Source of the DNA: Macrostomum hystrix | Lineage: Eukaryota; Animalia; Platyhelminthes | Length of the DNA: 64,000 bases | Direction of reading: 5' to 3' | Assembly (NCBI GenBank): GCA_950097015.1 | Contig: CATNEN010000003.1 | Coordinates: 13,454,001-13,518,000, forward strand | Shown here: one piece after another, positions 62,111 through 64,000 of the stretch | Layout of the letters: the number at the start of each line of letters is the position of its first letter | How positions within the stretch are numbered: position 1 is the stretch's first letter | Program-made: the position numbers and the translations under genes | Notes under the pieces: generated by a model | The model's database searches: none | What the model was told of the DNA's origin: nothing | What the model saw: the letters and a program-made list of their open reading frames with translations, nothing else

Positions 62111-62849
62111 CTTCTTGGAAAAGGGAAAAAAGCTAATTTTAAAAGTTCAGTTAAAATCCTCACACCTAAGTGAAGTGCCAATACAAAGGAAGGTGTAATA
62201 GCCAAGGTGAAGTGGGATGGTTAATCCTCTCTAAACATGAAGAGCGTTCCGTTATAGAATTTCAACAATGGAGCTAAAGCTCAGTCCAATATACTCTCCT
62301 ATTCAGATATTACAATACACTAGCACCATTCTTCTGCTTGTGCAGTCATTGAGAAGAAGAAATAAGATGAGAATTCTGAATAGATTTAAACAGAAGCAGG
62401 GTATAATGGGCTGACTGTCTCTTCTCTTCTACAACTCAATTAGGTCCTTGCCTTCTAGTTTCTGCTTAAATATTTTTGTCGTCATTTTTTTGCATTGTTT
62501 AAAACAAAAATTAACCCGCATAGAAAATAAAATGGTTTTAATTGTTTTTTTTCTAGCACTAAGAGGTAAAAGCAGAAGCTTATTTAGAAACGGAGCATTA
62601 AATCCCAAAGAAGATGAAGCAAAATCAAGCAAATTTCTGTCTCACCTGAGGCTGTGAAAATCGGGTCAATGATTAAAAACAGATCTTGCAAATGCGATTT
62701 GAAACACCTAAATTTCTAACATTTAATGTAGCCATGATAAATTTTAATTTATCATGGTGTTTTATACAGCTCGAAACAGCATAAAATTTACTCGGACTAA
62801 ATCTCAGATTTCATTCATCTTAAATCTAGTAGCTGAAATACAAAATCAG

Positions 62850-63253
62850 TCGATAATAAATATCCCTTAATCCAATCGATAATAAAATATCCCATAATCC
62901 AATCGATAATTAAATATCCCATAATCCAATCGATAATAAAATATCCCATAATCCAATCGATAATTAAATATCCCATATTCCAATCGATAATTAAATATCC
63001 CATAATCCAATCGATAATAAATATCCCATAATCCAATCAATAATAAAATATCCCATAATCCAATCGATAATTAAATATCCCATAATCCAATCGATAATAA
63101 ATATCCCATAATCCAATCGATAATAAATATCCCATAATCCAACCGATAGTTAAATATCCCATAATCCAATCGATAATAAAATATCTCATAATCCAATCGA
63201 TAAGAAAATATCCCAAAATCCAATCGATAATAAAATATCCCATAATCCAATCA
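62850..63253. repeat. ~27-bp AATATCCCATAATCCAATCGATAATAA intronic minisatellite
   Basis: About 15 copies; ends about 24 nt before the acceptor. Confidence 0.95.
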
Positions 63254-63277
63254 ATATTTCTTATCCTAATATTGCAG

Positions 63278-63687
63278 GCTGTTTGCGAATCGTTGCGCAA
63301 AATGTGATATCGCCTTCTCGAAGACCGATTTAGTGATGCGCGCCAGATCAAAGGTCTATCATATCGACTGTTTCCGCTGTGACACCTGCTCGAGACAGCT
63401 GACACCGGGTGAAGAATATGCCGTTAGAAACGACAGCCTGCTGTGTCGGGCCGACTTTGATGCCATGGAGTTATTGTCGAAATCGCCCATCTGCGGCACT
63501 TTAAACACGATGGATGCAGAATTTGGCAACACCAGCAACACCAGCTCCTCTGGCGTTGTCAACAACAACAACAGCTCCAAAATGATTAACAACAACAACA
63601 GCAGCAGCAGCAATAGTAACAGCAATAACAATAATATTAGCGGTAGTCGGGACAGCCTTAACGATCAAGACCTTGATAGCAGAGATG
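63278..63687 (+). CDS. isl: Islet LIM-homeobox, LIM2 exon plus Asn/Ser-rich linker (homeobox lies beyond the window)
   Basis: tgcAG|G acceptor. [61 protein letters not shown] matches ISL1 LIM2. Donor G|GTGAGT. Confidence 0.95.
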
Positions 63688-63708
63688 GTGAGTTTTTATT
63701 AAATGGTG

Positions 63709-64000
63709 TTTGTCTAACAGGTCGATAGTTTGTCTAACAGGCAGATTGTTTGTCTAACAGGTCGATAGTTTGTCTAACAGGCAGATATTCAGTATAACAG
63801 GTAGATTGTTTGTCTAACAGGTAGATTGTTTGTCTAACAGGTAGATTGTTTGTCTAACAGGTAGGTTGTTTGTCTAACAGGTAGATTGTTTGTCTAACAG
63901 GCAGATTGTTTTTCTAACAGCTAGATAATTTGTCTAACAGCTAGATTGTTTGTCTAACAGCTAGATAGTTTGTCTAACAGCTAGATAGTTTGTCTAACAG
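63709..64000. repeat. 20-bp TTTGTCTAACAGGTAGATTG intronic minisatellite
   Basis: Starts about 21 nt after the donor and runs off the window. Confidence 0.95.

Overview
This is eukaryotic (animal) genomic DNA with GT-AG introns, SINEs, decayed LINEs, MITEs and about 30 distinct tandem-repeat arrays. The repeat density and the LINE fragment type suggest a flatworm such as Macrostomum, which is an inference only. Four spliced genes were reconstructed by hand: (1) a divergent SelM/Sep15-like ER protein with a signal peptide and C-terminal KTEL but no CxxU motif (minus, 4614-5597); (2) the Ariadne-2 RBR E3 ligase ARIH2 (minus, 9168-13733); (3) TMEM168, head-to-head with ARIH2 (plus, 17496-21155); (4) the first three coding exons of an Islet LIM-homeobox gene (plus, from 57774, running off the window). 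A ~35 kb gene-free, satellite-laden region lies upstream of Islet. Most long ORFs in the supplied track are translations of satellites. The most notable observations: both head-to-head genes lack a usable genomic ATG and begin at phase-0 acceptors, as expected if a spliced leader supplies the AUG; a hAT MITE with intact TIRs and TSD carries a 1.8-kb higher-order satellite whose relatives are dispersed across the window; each Islet splice site is closely flanked by its own minisatellite; and a Merlin-like element is nested in a Mutator-like MITE. No prokaryotic features, CRISPR arrays, rRNA or bona fide tRNA genes were seen.
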